This document shows positions 26,401 through 38,259 of a DNA stretch of 64,000 nucleotides, in pieces. A program made the translations under genes and the position numbers. Position 1 is the stretch's first letter. Every line of letters starts with the position of its first letter. Location: contig NC_068983.1 of the NCBI RefSeq assembly GCF_001194135.2, forward strand, positions 101,518,571 to 101,582,570. The letters run 5' to 3'. The notes under the pieces were generated by a model. That model ran no database searches. It was given only the letters and a program-made list of their open reading frames with translations, and was not told the origin of the DNA. The stretch is from Octopus bimaculoides (lineage: Eukaryota).

Positions 26401-29041
26401 ATTGAAGAAGAAACAAGATGCTGATGTGTAGTATATCATTTTTTTAAATTCCTCCTTAACTGTAGCTATGTTGGTATTTACCTCAAAGAATATCATTTAA
26501 ATATTCTGCTTCACCTGAAATGAAAGGGTTCTGTAAACAAGTATAATTCCAACTGGGTCCTATTTTTGCAGGTATTTAACAAACATAATACCCCTATTCA
26601 AAAAGAGAAAATTCTCTGATGCTATGAGCAACTAACCTATAACATTCAATCTTTCTCCAGTTTCTTGCAGTACATATCCACTAGAAAATTTCTCTCAAAT
26701 CATACTAATGCACTCTTGTCCTTAAGACTTTTAGATTCATTCTTGAGCCAGTACTAACAGTATACAAATTAGAAATCTTCTTAAGTTATTTATTGGTAAC
26801 ATTGCACATGCAAGCATTTGGGACTAAATCCAAGAAAATGTCAATACTCCTCAACCACATTCCTACTCCTGAGTGGTATTCTTCATTTGTCTTTACTTTC
26901 CTGCAATTGCTGCTTGTAAACTACTTAAGTCCGCCAATTTTATTTCCCCCTCATCACTGCTAAATATTTCAGTCTCCCAAACACTGACTCAACAGTTCAT
27001 TAACTCTGTCTCACAAAGAGTTTTTTGACGTTCGTTCTGCATTTTGGTTGATCGAAAATCTATATCAGCCCGTGTGTTTCATCCAACTACTAACTTATAT
27101 CCTGAAAGTAATTGCATTTGGACAGCCTTGTGCTATGCACATAAGATTCCAAGGCCGGATCCTAATGAAGACCACTTGATTAATTGTTAGAGAGTCAATA
27201 AACCAACACGTTTTAATCACCAGCACACAGATGCATCCCTTCTTCCATCTACCTCCTGCATTTCTATAGTGGTCCTCTGTATTACCTAGCAGCATGTTTT
27301 CTCGATCCAAACCAATCTAACTTCACTCGTAACATCATACACTATCTCTCTCTCATCTCCTACATCCCACACTAAACATTTTTCCCAATCCTTCTTGCCA
27401 TCGAGAAGTTCAATCCTCTGGAACTCCTACCCCACCCAGGCGTCGTTATACAGATATTCAAGCAGAACATCAACTGCATCAGTCTCACTAGTCTCAGTGA
27501 ACCTGTTAGGTAAAATGGAGACAGCTGATTCTCCGATTAACTTATAAAATATTTTTTAGTGTGCTGACATCCATCGAACAAGGACGGCATCGTATTCTCA
27601 AATAAACCACAAAATAAAAATAAAAATAGTAATAAAAAATTGGATAAATATAGGTTTTTAGATATCTACTTAGACTGGATGTCACAAACTTGATTAAACC
27701 ATACTGGTTTAACCAAAACCAGTATGGAGCAAGGAATGAAAATTAATTTGAAGTAATCAAAGGGAAATGGTCCCATTGAAATAAAATACTACAGAGCCGC
27801 ATGAAGCATGCAAAAAAAAAAAAAAATTTTTTAATCAATGTAGATTGCTAACGCCAAAAGTGAAGATGTATTAATCTTTTCAAATGAGCTAAGACACTCT
27901 TAGGAATGATTAAGAATGTAGATATGAAAAAGGGGGGAAAAATTCAAATATCTGAAACGTTTCAATTTTTATGACAAGATATTTTGCTTATCTGAAATTG
28001 GGGTGTAGTCAGTATATCTCTCCTCAAGTAAAGTGGAGAAAGAAAATCATTTGAAATCATACGGAGAAAAAAATGACATAACAATAAATAACAGTAACCA
28101 GGAATTACGCTTAGCCCCACTAATTCGCAAACATTGAAGATAACAAGAATTAGAAAATTCTGCAACATATCATTATTCGAATCTTAATTTCGTAATTGTT
28201 TGAGAAAGGCATGACCATCAAACAGTTCCGGAGTCAATGTGATATAAATTGTTGTTGTCTATTTCATATCTCGTAGCAGTAGAGAACTTTAGGACGATAT
28301 GATAAATCATTGTCTATTTCATATCTCAGAACAGCTGACAACGTTTAAGACAAATACACAGCATATTACGTTTTCTTTTAATTTGAAAAAAAAAAAGACT
28401 GAATGAAGTAAATGTATATGTTAAACTGAAAGTATGTCTGCTGCAGACACGAAAAATCCAGATTTCATAGTTACCATGCGATGAGTTGTAATGATGTGTT
28501 GAATGAAATGTAAACTCATGTCATACACTTCACTAATGTGCAAACCCCACCCCTAAAAAGTCAATAAATAAATTTCAGTTTAATTCGTTTAGGCTAAATA
28601 TAGATAGCATTGGTGAAATCTTGGGAGTCACGGTCAGAGATGCATAATATACTTCATAATTGTTCGAGTGACAAGCAAATGTATTATAACAGTTAATGAA
28701 ATTAAATCCCTCTCTTTTACATTAAAGAATAATAATAGTCAAGAATGAATAAAATAATCTGAATTAGAATGGATTTTGAAAGTACATTCTGTATGCTTTC
28801 CTTTTCGAAGAAAGCGTTTGACCTTTCCAAAGACATTAAAGGTTGATATAAAAATAACGTACTTACAAACCTTACAGATTTAAATGCATTATATGGAAAG
28901 TAGTGTTTTATTAGTTACCAGCTAAGCAATGCAGATTTGAGATTGTATAAAAATTAAAGATTAGTCTAAAAAAAAATCAGAGATTTACAGAAAAGGCTAT
29001 AAATACACTCACCCGAAATGGCCTCGCAACAAATGCATCAT
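1300..29041 (-). CDS. OPA1: OPA1 mitochondrial dynamin-like GTPase, 5' part (multi-exon; continues beyond the left edge)
   Basis: Exons 29013-29041, 19570-19918, 17577-17717, 16137-16230, 5423-5505, 4170-4223, 2179-2283 and 1300-1386 all have GT-AG boundaries and consistent phases. The translation gives a basic targeting peptide, then [66 protein letters not shown] and [29 protein letters not shown], matching recalled human and fly OPA1 N-terminal, coiled-coil and pre-G1 segments. Confidence 0.96.
2179..2283 (-). CDS. OPA1: OPA1 coding exon 7 (coiled coil [12 protein letters not shown]...)
   Basis: 105 nt, GT-AG; resembles human LKYQRILERLEKENKELRK. Confidence 0.95.
3330..3860 (+). mobile_element. 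CR1-like LINE 3' end fragment
   Basis: Translation [16 protein letters not shown]...[17 protein letters not shown]...[21 protein letters not shown] is typical of the post-RT C-terminus of CR1-clade ORF2. Confidence 0.8.
4170..4223 (-). CDS. OPA1: OPA1 coding exon 6 ([18 protein letters not shown])
   Basis: 54 nt, GT-AG; resembles human EKIDQLQEELLHTQ. Confidence 0.93.
5423..5505 (-). CDS. OPA1: OPA1 coding exon 5 ([10 protein letters not shown]...EQNPSN)
   Basis: Acceptor tcctgcag; 83 nt, phase 1 in and phase 0 out; donor AAT|GTAAGC. Confidence 0.82.
6821..6980. repeat. About three tandem copies of a ~60-nt unit (aaaatttgaaagaacta...atgtgatta)
   Basis: Repeated motif visible three times. 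Confidence 0.7.
8719..9086 (+). mobile_element. tRNA-headed SINE with hammerhead ribozyme motif and inverted Penelope-like end (copy A)
   Basis: 11-bp TSD TTAACTTGTAT (8708-8718 and 9087-9097); inverted tail 8719-8837; A box TGGCATAGCGG 8853-8863; B box GTTCAATCC 8898-8906; CTGATGA 8992-8998 and GAAAC 9020-9024. Confidence 0.8.
8987..9033 (+). ncRNA. Minimal type I hammerhead ribozyme motif (partly decayed)
   Basis: gatac-CTGATGA-a-ggctg-gagggtatat-caact-GAAA-ca-tt-gtggtt. The family consensus from the copies here is AACAC CUGAUGA A GGCUG(loop)CAGCC GAAA CG UU GUGUU, with perfect stems I and II and a palindromic AACGUU stem III. Confidence 0.7.
14261..14370 (-). pseudogene. Decayed 5S rRNA-derived sequence (pseudogene or SINE3 head)
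   Basis: Minus strand ...CTGAAAACA...TCT.GTCTGGTCCCTGAAGTTAAACAGTGTTGAGTCT AGCTTGGATGGGTGG...TGCTGTA is colinear with recalled metazoan 5S rRNA, with an ~7-nt deletion near the internal promoter; non-functional as rRNA. Confidence 0.75.
14513..14730. mobile_element. piggyBac-like MITE (TTAA target, CCCTTT ends)
   Basis: ttaa CCCTTTAGCATTT ... AATGCTAAAGGG; same family at 43087-43269 and 43513-43729. Confidence 0.8.
15267..15805 (-). CDS. OPA1: Candidate alternative OPA1 exon (acidic, 179 aa, ends in TAG)
   Basis: Acceptor ttttgcag in phase 1 with exon 4; 539 nt open reading in AT-rich DNA; no recognisable homology; no strong internal donor. Confidence 0.65.
16137..16230 (-). CDS. OPA1: OPA1 coding exon 4 (EFLNEDNLK...FDRSTP)
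   Basis: Acceptor gttatag; 94 nt, open, phase 0 in and phase 1 out; donor CAG|GTATAG; phase matches both the 15805 and 5505 acceptors. Confidence 0.85.
17577..17717 (-). CDS. OPA1: OPA1 coding exon 3 ([15 protein letters not shown]...KLPEL)
   Basis: Acceptor tttcag; 141 nt; donor TTG|GTAAGT; resembles recalled fly KKYEEWKDGLP. Confidence 0.93.
18029..18172. mobile_element. Short hAT-like MITE (second copy about 48311-48457)
   Basis: Ends CAGGCATAGGCA / TTCCCATGACTG; degenerate 8-bp flanks; homologous copy seen. Confidence 0.6.
18341..18412. repeat. Compound (TACA)n/(TA)n microsatellite
   Basis: Direct reading. Confidence 0.95.
19570..19918 (-). CDS. OPA1: OPA1 coding exon 2 (targeting sequence and TM segment)
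   Basis: Acceptor tttgtag; 349 nt; ends in [22 protein letters not shown]; donor AAA|GTAAGT. Confidence 0.95.
20131..20350. mobile_element. piggyBac-like MITE, different subfamily
   Basis: TTAA CCCTTTTGTT ... AACGAAAGGG TTAA. Confidence 0.78.
20404..20706. mobile_element. hAT (Charlie-like) MITE
   Basis: Ends CAGTGTTTGTCAACC / GGTTGAGAACCACTC; 8-bp TSD TTCTAAAC on both sides. Confidence 0.85.
21700..23300 (-). mobile_element. Decayed Gypsy/Ty3 LTR retrotransposon pol fragment (RNase H to integrase)
   Basis: With stops and frameshifts: [13 protein letters not shown] (RNase H), [21 protein letters not shown] (HHCC zinc finger), [18 protein letters not shown] / KWLEVI and [19 protein letters not shown] (integrase core). 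Confidence 0.8.
23392..23463. repeat. (TG)n microsatellite
   Basis: Direct reading. Confidence 0.95.
23570..24060 (-). mobile_element. RTE-like LINE 3' fragment
   Basis: Degenerate YGHVM...SCI and WMCNV motifs on the minus strand. Confidence 0.6.
24250..24740 (+). mobile_element. RTE-like LINE 3' fragment with a 29-bp tandem duplication (24343-24400)
   Basis: [11 protein letters not shown]...[19 protein letters not shown]...EEMIKD. Confidence 0.7.
29013..29041 (-). CDS. OPA1: OPA1 coding exon 1 (MMHLLRGHF + GG)
   Basis: ACAATGATG start with an in-frame upstream TGA; donor GG|GTGAGT; phase 2 matches the exon 2 acceptor. Confidence 0.8.
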
Positions 29042-29560
29042 TGTAAAATTTGCACTATATCATGGATAACAAATAAAAAGTCAAGAAAAAACAACTATCG
29101 AACAAAAAGTAATCGCATCAGAACCAAAGCAATGACAGAGGGGACACAGCAGTCGAGGATAGAATAGAAGCAGACGTCCCTTTTGGAAAACACTTTATCT
29201 GACGGTACTCATGGCCGAAACACCACAACGGCATTCATACAGAGCTATACATATACCGATAAATTAAAACTACCCTTCGTAAGCTAATTCAAAGCTCAGT
29301 ATCAATTATTAAAAGAATAGTAAGAATTTTTTTTTTTAAATCTTATATTAGGCTTTTAATAAAACAAAAACAATAATATATTTCTCTATCAGAATAATTT
29401 AAATTATATTATTTTTATGCATTGTAAAACTCTAAAATAGTTTTGATCTAAGTTTTGTTGCAGTAGAAAATTTTTTACTTCCTTCAGTTATTTAAATAAT
29501 TATTTTGGCGCTTTTAAAAATACATTTCGAGCGCGGTACACCTTACACCTGTAGTAGTAA
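29042..29560. promoter_or_regulatory. Divergent (bidirectional) promoter region OPA1 / GTF2H2, with a putative non-coding GTF2H2 first exon ending at 29556
   Basis: Head-to-head gene geometry; local CpG enrichment near 29100-29280 and 29520-29620; GTAAGT donor at 29557-29562; GTF2H2 coding exon 1 has an acceptor only 23 nt before its ATG, so an upstream exon is required. Confidence 0.55.
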
Positions 29561-32325
29561 GTATATGTGGCTAAGAATAATGTTATTAGTCCATGCTGGT
29601 TATCGGCACGAGAAGTAAAGATGCATCCAGGACAATAATAACGAAGTAATTAACTAAAATTTTCTAATCTTTATTTTCTCACTAAAATAATGGCAATATA
29701 CATTATACAAAATTTACATTATTATTATCTTCGAGTTTATAAGTATAAATTACAAGAGATAAAACAAAAACTATTACACTGAGTTGTCACTCACGCAAAC
29801 AACACTACAAGCATAAAACTTGGAAAATGACTGTAAAAGTTCTATTTATTTTTAATTTATGATAGTCTGTTGTTGTCGTTTACTGTAATTTCTCCAGAGA
29901 TTCAATGCAAGCTATATGATCCAATTTTAATTTTCTCTAGAGATTTAATGCAGGCTATATAATCCAATTTTATTCTATATTCCTTTTCGGATACGAATGA
30001 TTGTGCCTTTAATCTGTCGTCGAAAAATCATTCAAAAGTGTTCCCTCTTTTTACAAAATTAGTTTTGTCCATAGAAAAAGCCACCTCTAATCCTGATTTC
30101 TTCGATTATTTAAAACTTTCGTGTTAAAGTCTAGTTTTAATTTATAATACAGTATAATTGTAAACTGAATGAAAAAATATTTTGAAATAAGTGATTGCGT
30201 TAACAAAAGACAAAAATCAGTAAAATAAAATACATTCCATGTGTCATAACCCTCTAAGAAATGAAAAAATTTGTAGAAAGGTTATTAATGAAGTTGGAAA
30301 ATGTCAAGTCTTCTACCCAGAAGATTCCTTAACTTTACTCTTTTCCAACACACTTTTCCTCGTTCCAGCAAAAAAAAAAAATCTCTGCTCGTTAAAAACT
30401 CTTCATTCAAAGTTTGGTGCTGGTAAACTGCCATATCATTATATCATCTGTGCATTATTTATGAATTTGCAGAACCTGATGACTAGAAATATATAATTTG
30501 ATTTTTAAATGAACAAAGATCTAGAGTTGGTGGGCAACTCCAGTTTCTGTAATATTTAACAAATATGAGGAAATTGTTTCCTCCTGAATATAGCGCTAGA
30601 CTCTAGCAGGTAGTTGTCTCCCGTTTTTGCCAAAATGAGGAAAATAATTAGATTTTTGATAATCACTAGATTTAATATGTTAACACTGACTTTTCTTTTC
30701 TTTCTCCCCCCCCCCCTTGCTCATGACTTCACAAATTAATCCCAGTGATTTATTTTTTAAAGAGAAATGGAATTAAATATCTTGCCCTGAAACAACAAAC
30801 ACCTGCAGCAAGATGTAATTGCATTACTTGTGAGTTGGATAAATGAGTGGAGAGGGACGTAATTGAAGGATTAATGTTGCAGTCTTGTTTCAACATCTTC
30901 AGTATGCACAAAAACTTGCAGCATCTTGTTGAATCATTTATTTGGCAATATTGCTAATAATGTTCTACATCCAACTAATTTTTAGTGATCCACTCCACCT
31001 GGTTATAGATTAAGTATGATGTAGAGAAGCGTGGCTCATTGCTATAAGCAATAGAGTCTAATATAATTGATGTTTTATTGTAGTACTGAGCCCAAATCCT
31101 GCTATAAATTGGTGTGGGAACACAATTTCAGAATGATGTATAAGTCCAAAAGCTTAACTGATGGAAGTCTTGAAACTTAGCTACTCACTTCTTTATCTTT
31201 GCCAATTAGATATAACAAACTTCATGTCCAAGTTTAACACCAACACCTGACCGTACCTTTAACAATGACCACTCTATTGTAGGTTTTCAAGCCAGATCTT
31301 TATTCTGAAGGTGATTTCTTCCTGGCACTCTCAAAGACTGAAAAAAAAGATCATGAGTGTTGCCTTTCTCCTCTAAGTAAGCAACTAAAAAGAAATTTAT
31401 AATTGTTTACCTTTGAAGAAGAGTGTGAGTCATTTATTTTCCTAGGGAAGAAAGCTCTGATAGTCAAATAAGATTAAGGTTGCTGACAGGTTATTTAAAG
31501 AGCTGAAGGAGTGAAATTGAGAAATACATGAGGTGGGGGATTTTAAAATAAAATTTTTTTATCAAACTAAAAATAGCAGGGGTGGTGATAGTGTGTTGAT
31601 GTATTGTGCTTATTTACCTACCTACCTACCTACCTTCTCTCTACAATACTTCATCCTGTTACCTTATCTGTATCTTTTTGCCGTTGTGTGAGGAATATAT
31701 TTACATACCGGTCAAATTTTTGGCCTCCTTATCTCCTCATTTCCTACCATGACAATTCTTCTCTCCACTTTTCAATTTTGACTTAGTTCCTTTCTTCAGA
31801 TGAAAGACCAAAATTAAGAAATATTATATTACAATCCTCGTATAGGAAGCTTGCTTCCCAGCTACATGGTTTCGGGTTCAGTCCCACCACGTGGCATCTT
31901 GGGCAAGTGTCTTCTGCTATAGCCCCAGACTGACCGAAGCTTTGTGATTGAATTTGGTTGGCGGAAGTTACTGCCGTGTGTGTATGTGTCTGTGTATGTG
32001 CTTGTGCCTCTTCCAAAGAGAGAGAGAGGGACTCTTCCAAAGATTGTATTGACTGATTTTTACCTGACACAATTTGTCACCAGTTTTCTTGGATTTTCAG
32101 ATTTACTCTATATTCATTTTATATTAAAGAAGAAATATTTTATTGTTGAATCTAGAATCTTTTTAAACTAATGATTAAAATTTTTGTTGCTAAGTAGTTG
32201 CTCAAATTTTGGTAGCTTACCACTGATTGAAACACTTGGCTAAATTTGTATATTGTACATTTGAATGTGTTTATGCTTATACTTCCAATTTAATTTCTGA
32301 AGGTAGTCGGGGAAAATTACACAAC

Positions 32326-32381
32326 ATGGCTGATGACGACGAGAACCTTTACCGTTGGGAAACGGCATATGAACGTACATG
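32326..32381 (+). CDS. GTF2H2: GTF2H2 coding exon 1
   Basis: [18 protein letters not shown] + TG; acceptor at 32302, donor at 32382. Confidence 0.95.
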
Positions 32382-35300
32382 GTTAGTACAGAATTTTTTG
32401 TTATGAGATTGCCTAATAGCCATAATATTTGATAAGTATTAATTCTAAATTTCATAGAGGAACAAGTTCTTTTAAAAAATCTTCAAAAACATCTTGTTCT
32501 CGTATCTCCAATATTAATGATTAATGAATTCAGTCTAAATGCAAGAAATATTTAAATGATTTTAAGGAATCACTGGTCAGTTTTACTTATGGAGCATAAG
32601 TAAAATGAGAGTACAGCAGTGAAACTAATAGACTATAATTGATAGGCAACTTGCTTGGAAAATTTTCATGAGCAAAAGTCTTTGCCTAAAAGTTAAACAA
32701 TAAGCTGATCTTACTTGCAGAGAAGCAATTAAATAATTTGCCGAAAGAACAAAAAACATGAAATATTTTGAATAATGAGATTGTATCAAAAGGAATCAAA
32801 AGAGTACGTGTGAAATGGTATGCCTGCTCCTGCCTTTACTTGACAAAGAAATATGCATGAAAGTGCTTTTGAGTATTTGATTAGCAATCTGATAGATTCC
32901 ATTCAATAAGTGCAATACAAGTGCCAGTAGTACACTTCAAATGACAGATAATGAATGGAACGATTCTGAACATGTAGACAAAATGGCTGTGTCTGGAATA
33001 TATTTCATTCTTTAGATATCTACATTAAATGTAAAACTAAGACAGCAAGCTGGCAGAATTGTTAGCATGTCAGACTAAAGGCTTAGTTGCATTTTTTCCA
33101 TCTTCACATTCTGAGCTCAAATTCTGCCATGGTTGACTTTGTCTTTCATCCCTTCATCCCTTTCAGGGTTGGTAAAATAAGCACCACTTAAGCACTGGGG
33201 TTGATGTATCCCTGGACTTGTTGGCCTTGTGCCACAATTTGAAACCTTTGTTAAATGTAGGACGGCGATCTTACGATACCAGTACCAAAGCACCCATGCA
33301 TGTTTATTTACTTCACATTGGCCTTTTTCCGTAAAAAGTGTACATACATACATAACCTCTCTCTCTCACACTAACAAAAGAACTTCACCACACTTTCTGT
33401 CTCGCATACTCACTATAAAAAGGAAATAAGGTAATTTTTCAGATTAACACCCACACAATCTTTGCTACGGTGTTAAGGTTTTAGGGTTTGGGTTAAGGAA
33501 TTCCGTCCCTAACCGTAACCCTAACCCTAAAACCCTAACCCTGACCCTAACACCCCAGTGAAGATCGTGCGATTGTTAATCTGAAAAATTACGGAAATAA
33601 AAATAACTTGTTATCTATCTCTCTTTCTTTCTTTCTCTCTCACACATACACACACCAGCGCCAACTTCAAAAGAAATCGTGCTCTCTTTATCTCTTTCAC
33701 TTTTAGGGCGTTGTTTCCCTCTTTCCCTCCAACACTTTTTACGGAAAAGGCCAATCTTTGGTAAAGATCGCCGAAGACACTTTTTACAGAAAAGGCCGAT
33801 CTTTGGTACTGGTATCGTAAGATCGCCTGTAGGACTAACCAGATCCAGTTAGTGCTTGGGTAAAGACTATGATTTGTCAAAAAAATGGCTTTATGACCAC
33901 CTTCTGCTGTATGTAGATGGCTGTTATGTCCTACTTCAAAATATATTTCTTGGAAACTAGAAGTAAACAGAAAATGATAATTTCATAAAGAAACTAAAAT
34001 TTTAATTTAATGAACCAAGCTACAAACAGACTTTATAATTTACAGGGAGGCTATAAAAGAAGATGAAGCAGGTTCATTACAAGCTAGTGTTAATGAGATT
34101 ACTCAGAAAACGAAGCGTCGGCGCTTATTGGAGCGTATTAGTAATGTTCGTCTTGGTATGGTAAGTCAGCTTGAAATTTTCAATATCATTTGAAATAAAT
34201 TTTCGTTTATTAATAACTTATTGATATCAATAATTCTAGGATAGTGGCCTAGAAGAGTCACTACAAAACTGGAGAAATACTATGGAGTATTTAGTTACAA
34301 TTCTTTACATTCTGTGTTCAAATCTTACTGGGGGTGACTTTGTTTTTTATTCCTTTGTGGGTTGATAAATAAGTCAAATATTGTAATTTAGATTGACTCT
34401 ACTCTATAACTTTGTACTAATTATTGATGGATTCAGTCTTATAGATTAGTAATTTAACAGCTGAAATGATGCAAAACTATTTAAACTAGGTCTCAGTATG
34501 ATAACTTTTAAACTGAATTATACGACACTGATTAATAGGGTTATTAATATGAATGTTACAAATGGAGACATTTTAAATATTTTACAAGTCGTTGAAGCCT
34601 CTATGTAATCATTCGATCAGCGAGAAATAGTAAAATCTCCTCAGCTCATATCTACCATCTTAAGAAGAGGAAGAACACATTGGAAAATGTGGTCATGGAT
34701 ATATAAAATGATGGAATGGTCACAGCATGAACATCTTTGATCAGACGTCTGCTCCATCAGGGCTGACCCGAAGCTAAAATAACAGTTACATCAGTTATCT
34801 CCCTTCAGTAGTTCCATTTTTTTTTTTTTTTCTGTTTTAATCTGGAAATATTTTTGATTACCTTAATATTGATTTCTTTTTTAATATACTATTAAGTATT
34901 CTGAAATTGTGTGATTACCCGTATTAAATACATGACAGTGTGTATCTTAATAATCGTAGCAACCCATCAGTACTTTAGTGAGGGTTAGCTCTAAATTATT
35001 TGCTAAGTAGCAGAAAGGATGAAGTGGTGTACTAAAAGATTTGCAGTATTTAATTTAACACTTTACAATCTAATTTCAAACTGTACGAGGATTATCTTAT
35101 TATTCATCTTCCATGGGGTGATAAATCTTTAATCTTCTACTAATTTATACTGCAGCCATGCTGGGGCACCACATTGAGGAATTTAGTCACACTAATCAAC
35201 TCCAGTACTTATTTTCTTTCAAAGCCTAGTATTTACACAGTGGAACTGAACCCAGGACCATGTGGTTAGGAAGCAAACTTCTTACCTCACAGCCACACCT

Positions 35301-38213
35301 GTGCTTATATATAATGTATAATGTTTTAAAAAAGTAGATTCTATGGATTAAGTCTGAGAAGGAAGACCTTTTTGCAGGGTTTCCCAGGCTGATGGGAAGA
35401 AGAAAATGCTCAAACTGAAGATTTGGTCCAAATATTTGCTAAATCCGTCGCCTAAAAAGAGTATAAGTATTCCAGTGGACTTCCACATGAGTTCTGTCTA
35501 TTCCAGTTTCATTTACAAAGCTTAGATCAGCCAGAGGCTTTGGTAGTGGACATTCACCCAAGATGCTATGTAGTGTGATAAAACCCAGAATCGCATGACT
35601 GTGGAATCAACTTCTTAACTATAGTATCATGTCCATTCTCATTATGTTTAATCAGCTCTAAATCTGAGGCATTGGCCTAAAATTAGAAATTCATCATCAT
35701 CATCATTTAACATCTGTTCATGCTGGCATGGGTTGGATGGTTTGACCAGAGCTGGGTAGCCACACCAGACTCCAGTCTGATTTGGCATTGTTTCTATGGT
35801 TGGATGTCCAACCACTTTACAGAATGTGCTGGGTGCTTTTACATTGTACTGCATGGGTGCTTTTATGTGCCCCGCACAGGCACTTTTATGTGACATTGCA
35901 TGGGTGTTTTTATATAGCACCGCTTGGGCGCTTTTCACATGGCACCACACAGGCACTTTTATGTAACACCATCATGAGTGCTTTTCACCACCTTAGAAAC
36001 ATGTCTTAACACTTCTGCTTCGTAGTACAGGTCTTCTTGAGTACAGCAAGGCATCAGGCATCTCGGTCCTTTGTCATCTCGCCTGGAAGGTTCAGCATCC
36101 GGAGGTCATTCTTCAGTGCTTAATAAACTATTATTATTAATCTGGATAGTACAGGTGTTGTATAATATTTATTTTGATACACCCTCAGTTTAAACTTGGG
36201 GTCTTCATTTACCTTAACATGTTGAGTACATTATATGAAAGGGATTACATTTTTCAGTTATTGTTTGTATTTAAATCCTAGCAGGATAAATTCCAATATA
36301 AAATAGATGAGCTTTACACTGACTTCAAAAGTCTTTGAAATAATTTTCCCTAAATATCACAGCAACTTGTCATCATTACGCCTGCACCTCAAAGCCTTAA
36401 TTCAGTGAACCTATAATCAAAGGTGTTCCAATCATAGCCATTCCATATTTTTTAAAGCACATATCCAATATGGCTTTCCTCTTTTTTAAGATCGTGGAGA
36501 GCGATTTGCTGGAGATTTGGTTACTCTTTCCAGCAGGTCAACCAACTGGTTAGAGGTTCCCTCATATTGTCTTCTTAAGTAAGATATGCAGCTGACTGCT
36601 GACATTGGTGGCTCCAATATCTTTACAGGCTAAATGAAAAGTACTTCAGTGCTTCTGAAGGTTAACTTATATTCTACAAGTTGATAAGAATTCAATATTA
36701 GTAGAATTGAACAAGGTAATGAGCTGGCAGAATCATTAGCACACTAGGCAAAATGCTTAGCAGCATTTCATCTGTCTTTACATTCTGAGTTCAAATTCTG
36801 CCAAGGTCGACTTTGTCTTTCATCATTTCTAGGTTGATAAAATAAGTATCAATTGAGCACTAGGGTCGAAGTAATTGACTTACACCTCTTCCAGACTTGC
36901 TGGCCTTGTGCCAAAATTTGAAACCAATATTAGTAGGATGGTGGATTAACAGAATCATTAGAGCTTTGGGCAAAGTATCTGTGATATTTAGCTATGGCTC
37001 TTTACATTCTGAGTTCAAATCCCAATAACTTCAAGTTCGCCTTTCATCTATCTGCAGATAAAATAAAGTGTTAAGTGTTATGTTGATCTGACTACATCCC
37101 TTCCCAATAACTTGCTGGCCATATTAGAAATCAAAATTAGAATTGATAGGTAATTAATGTTCAAACAACAGAAGGGAAAAGAAAATGAGGAAGAAATAAA
37201 ACTTTCTGGTTATATTGCATCTTCATAAAATAAAATAAACTTGCTAATTATTAAGTAATGAAGTATTATTATTCCTACTGTTGCAAGTATTGAATTTTTA
37301 AGTTTTATAAAACAATACATTTCTAAAAATTTAGCAGTGAAAGAAAAATGCATTTTCTTTTTAGCTACTGATTTCTTTTAATAGTGTAGGTGTTAATGTC
37401 GGAAAGGTTGATGTTTAACCTTAAGTCAGCCTGACACTTGATCTAGCTGACCTACAATTAAAGGCCTTCTAGATAAGACCATCCTGTCTTTCTTTTTTTT
37501 TTATAGACACAGTGCAGTGCATATCTTAGTTGCCATGTGTACATGATTTGTAGGCTAAGTACAGCTTATCTCTGCTTGTTATAAAAGACAACTAAAATGG
37601 GTGGCAGAAAAGTGAACATTAAAATGATGAGGATGATGACAGGTATATTGTGGATTACATTATCCACTGTGTCCTTTTTTTTTTAAAGATATTAGTGTGT
37701 TGTATGAAGGAAATTGGGCTGCAGTTTTAGCATGTCTGGTGACAATATAGAGGATTGTTCTTTGGAAAATTAACCCATTGGTAACATGCTCATTTTCAAA
37801 TTAAACATCTGTTTTTAAAAGAATATTTTTTCAGGCATGGCTGTGTGGTAAAAAGCTTGCTTCCCAACTGCATGGTTCTGGGTTCAATCCTATTGCATGT
37901 CACCTTGGGCAAGTGTCATCTACTATAGTCTTGGGCCAACCAAAGCCTTGGCCTTGTGAGTAGATTTGGTGGATAGAAACTGAAAGAAGCCTGTAGTATA
38001 TATATATGTGTGTGTGTGTGTCTGTGTTTACAACCAGAGCTAATGTGTTTACATCCCTGTAACTTAACAGTTCAGCATAAGAGACCAATAGAATAAGTAT
38101 CAGGCTTCAAAAAAATAAGTACTGTGGTTTGATACATTCAACTAAAAGTTCTTCAGGGCAGTGCCTCAGCATGGTTGCAGTCTAATGACTGAAATGAGTA
38201 AAAAATAAAAGAT

Positions 38214-38259
<46 letters not shown>

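Noticed and set aside
28255-28328. Short tandem duplications (also 24343-24400 and 29893-29975) as a possible CRISPR-like array
   Set aside because: Only two units each, no spacer architecture, eukaryotic context; ordinary slippage duplications.
33471-33551. Telomere-telomere fusion scar
   Set aside because: The repeats are short, degenerate and enclosed in a TIR/TSD-bounded MITE.
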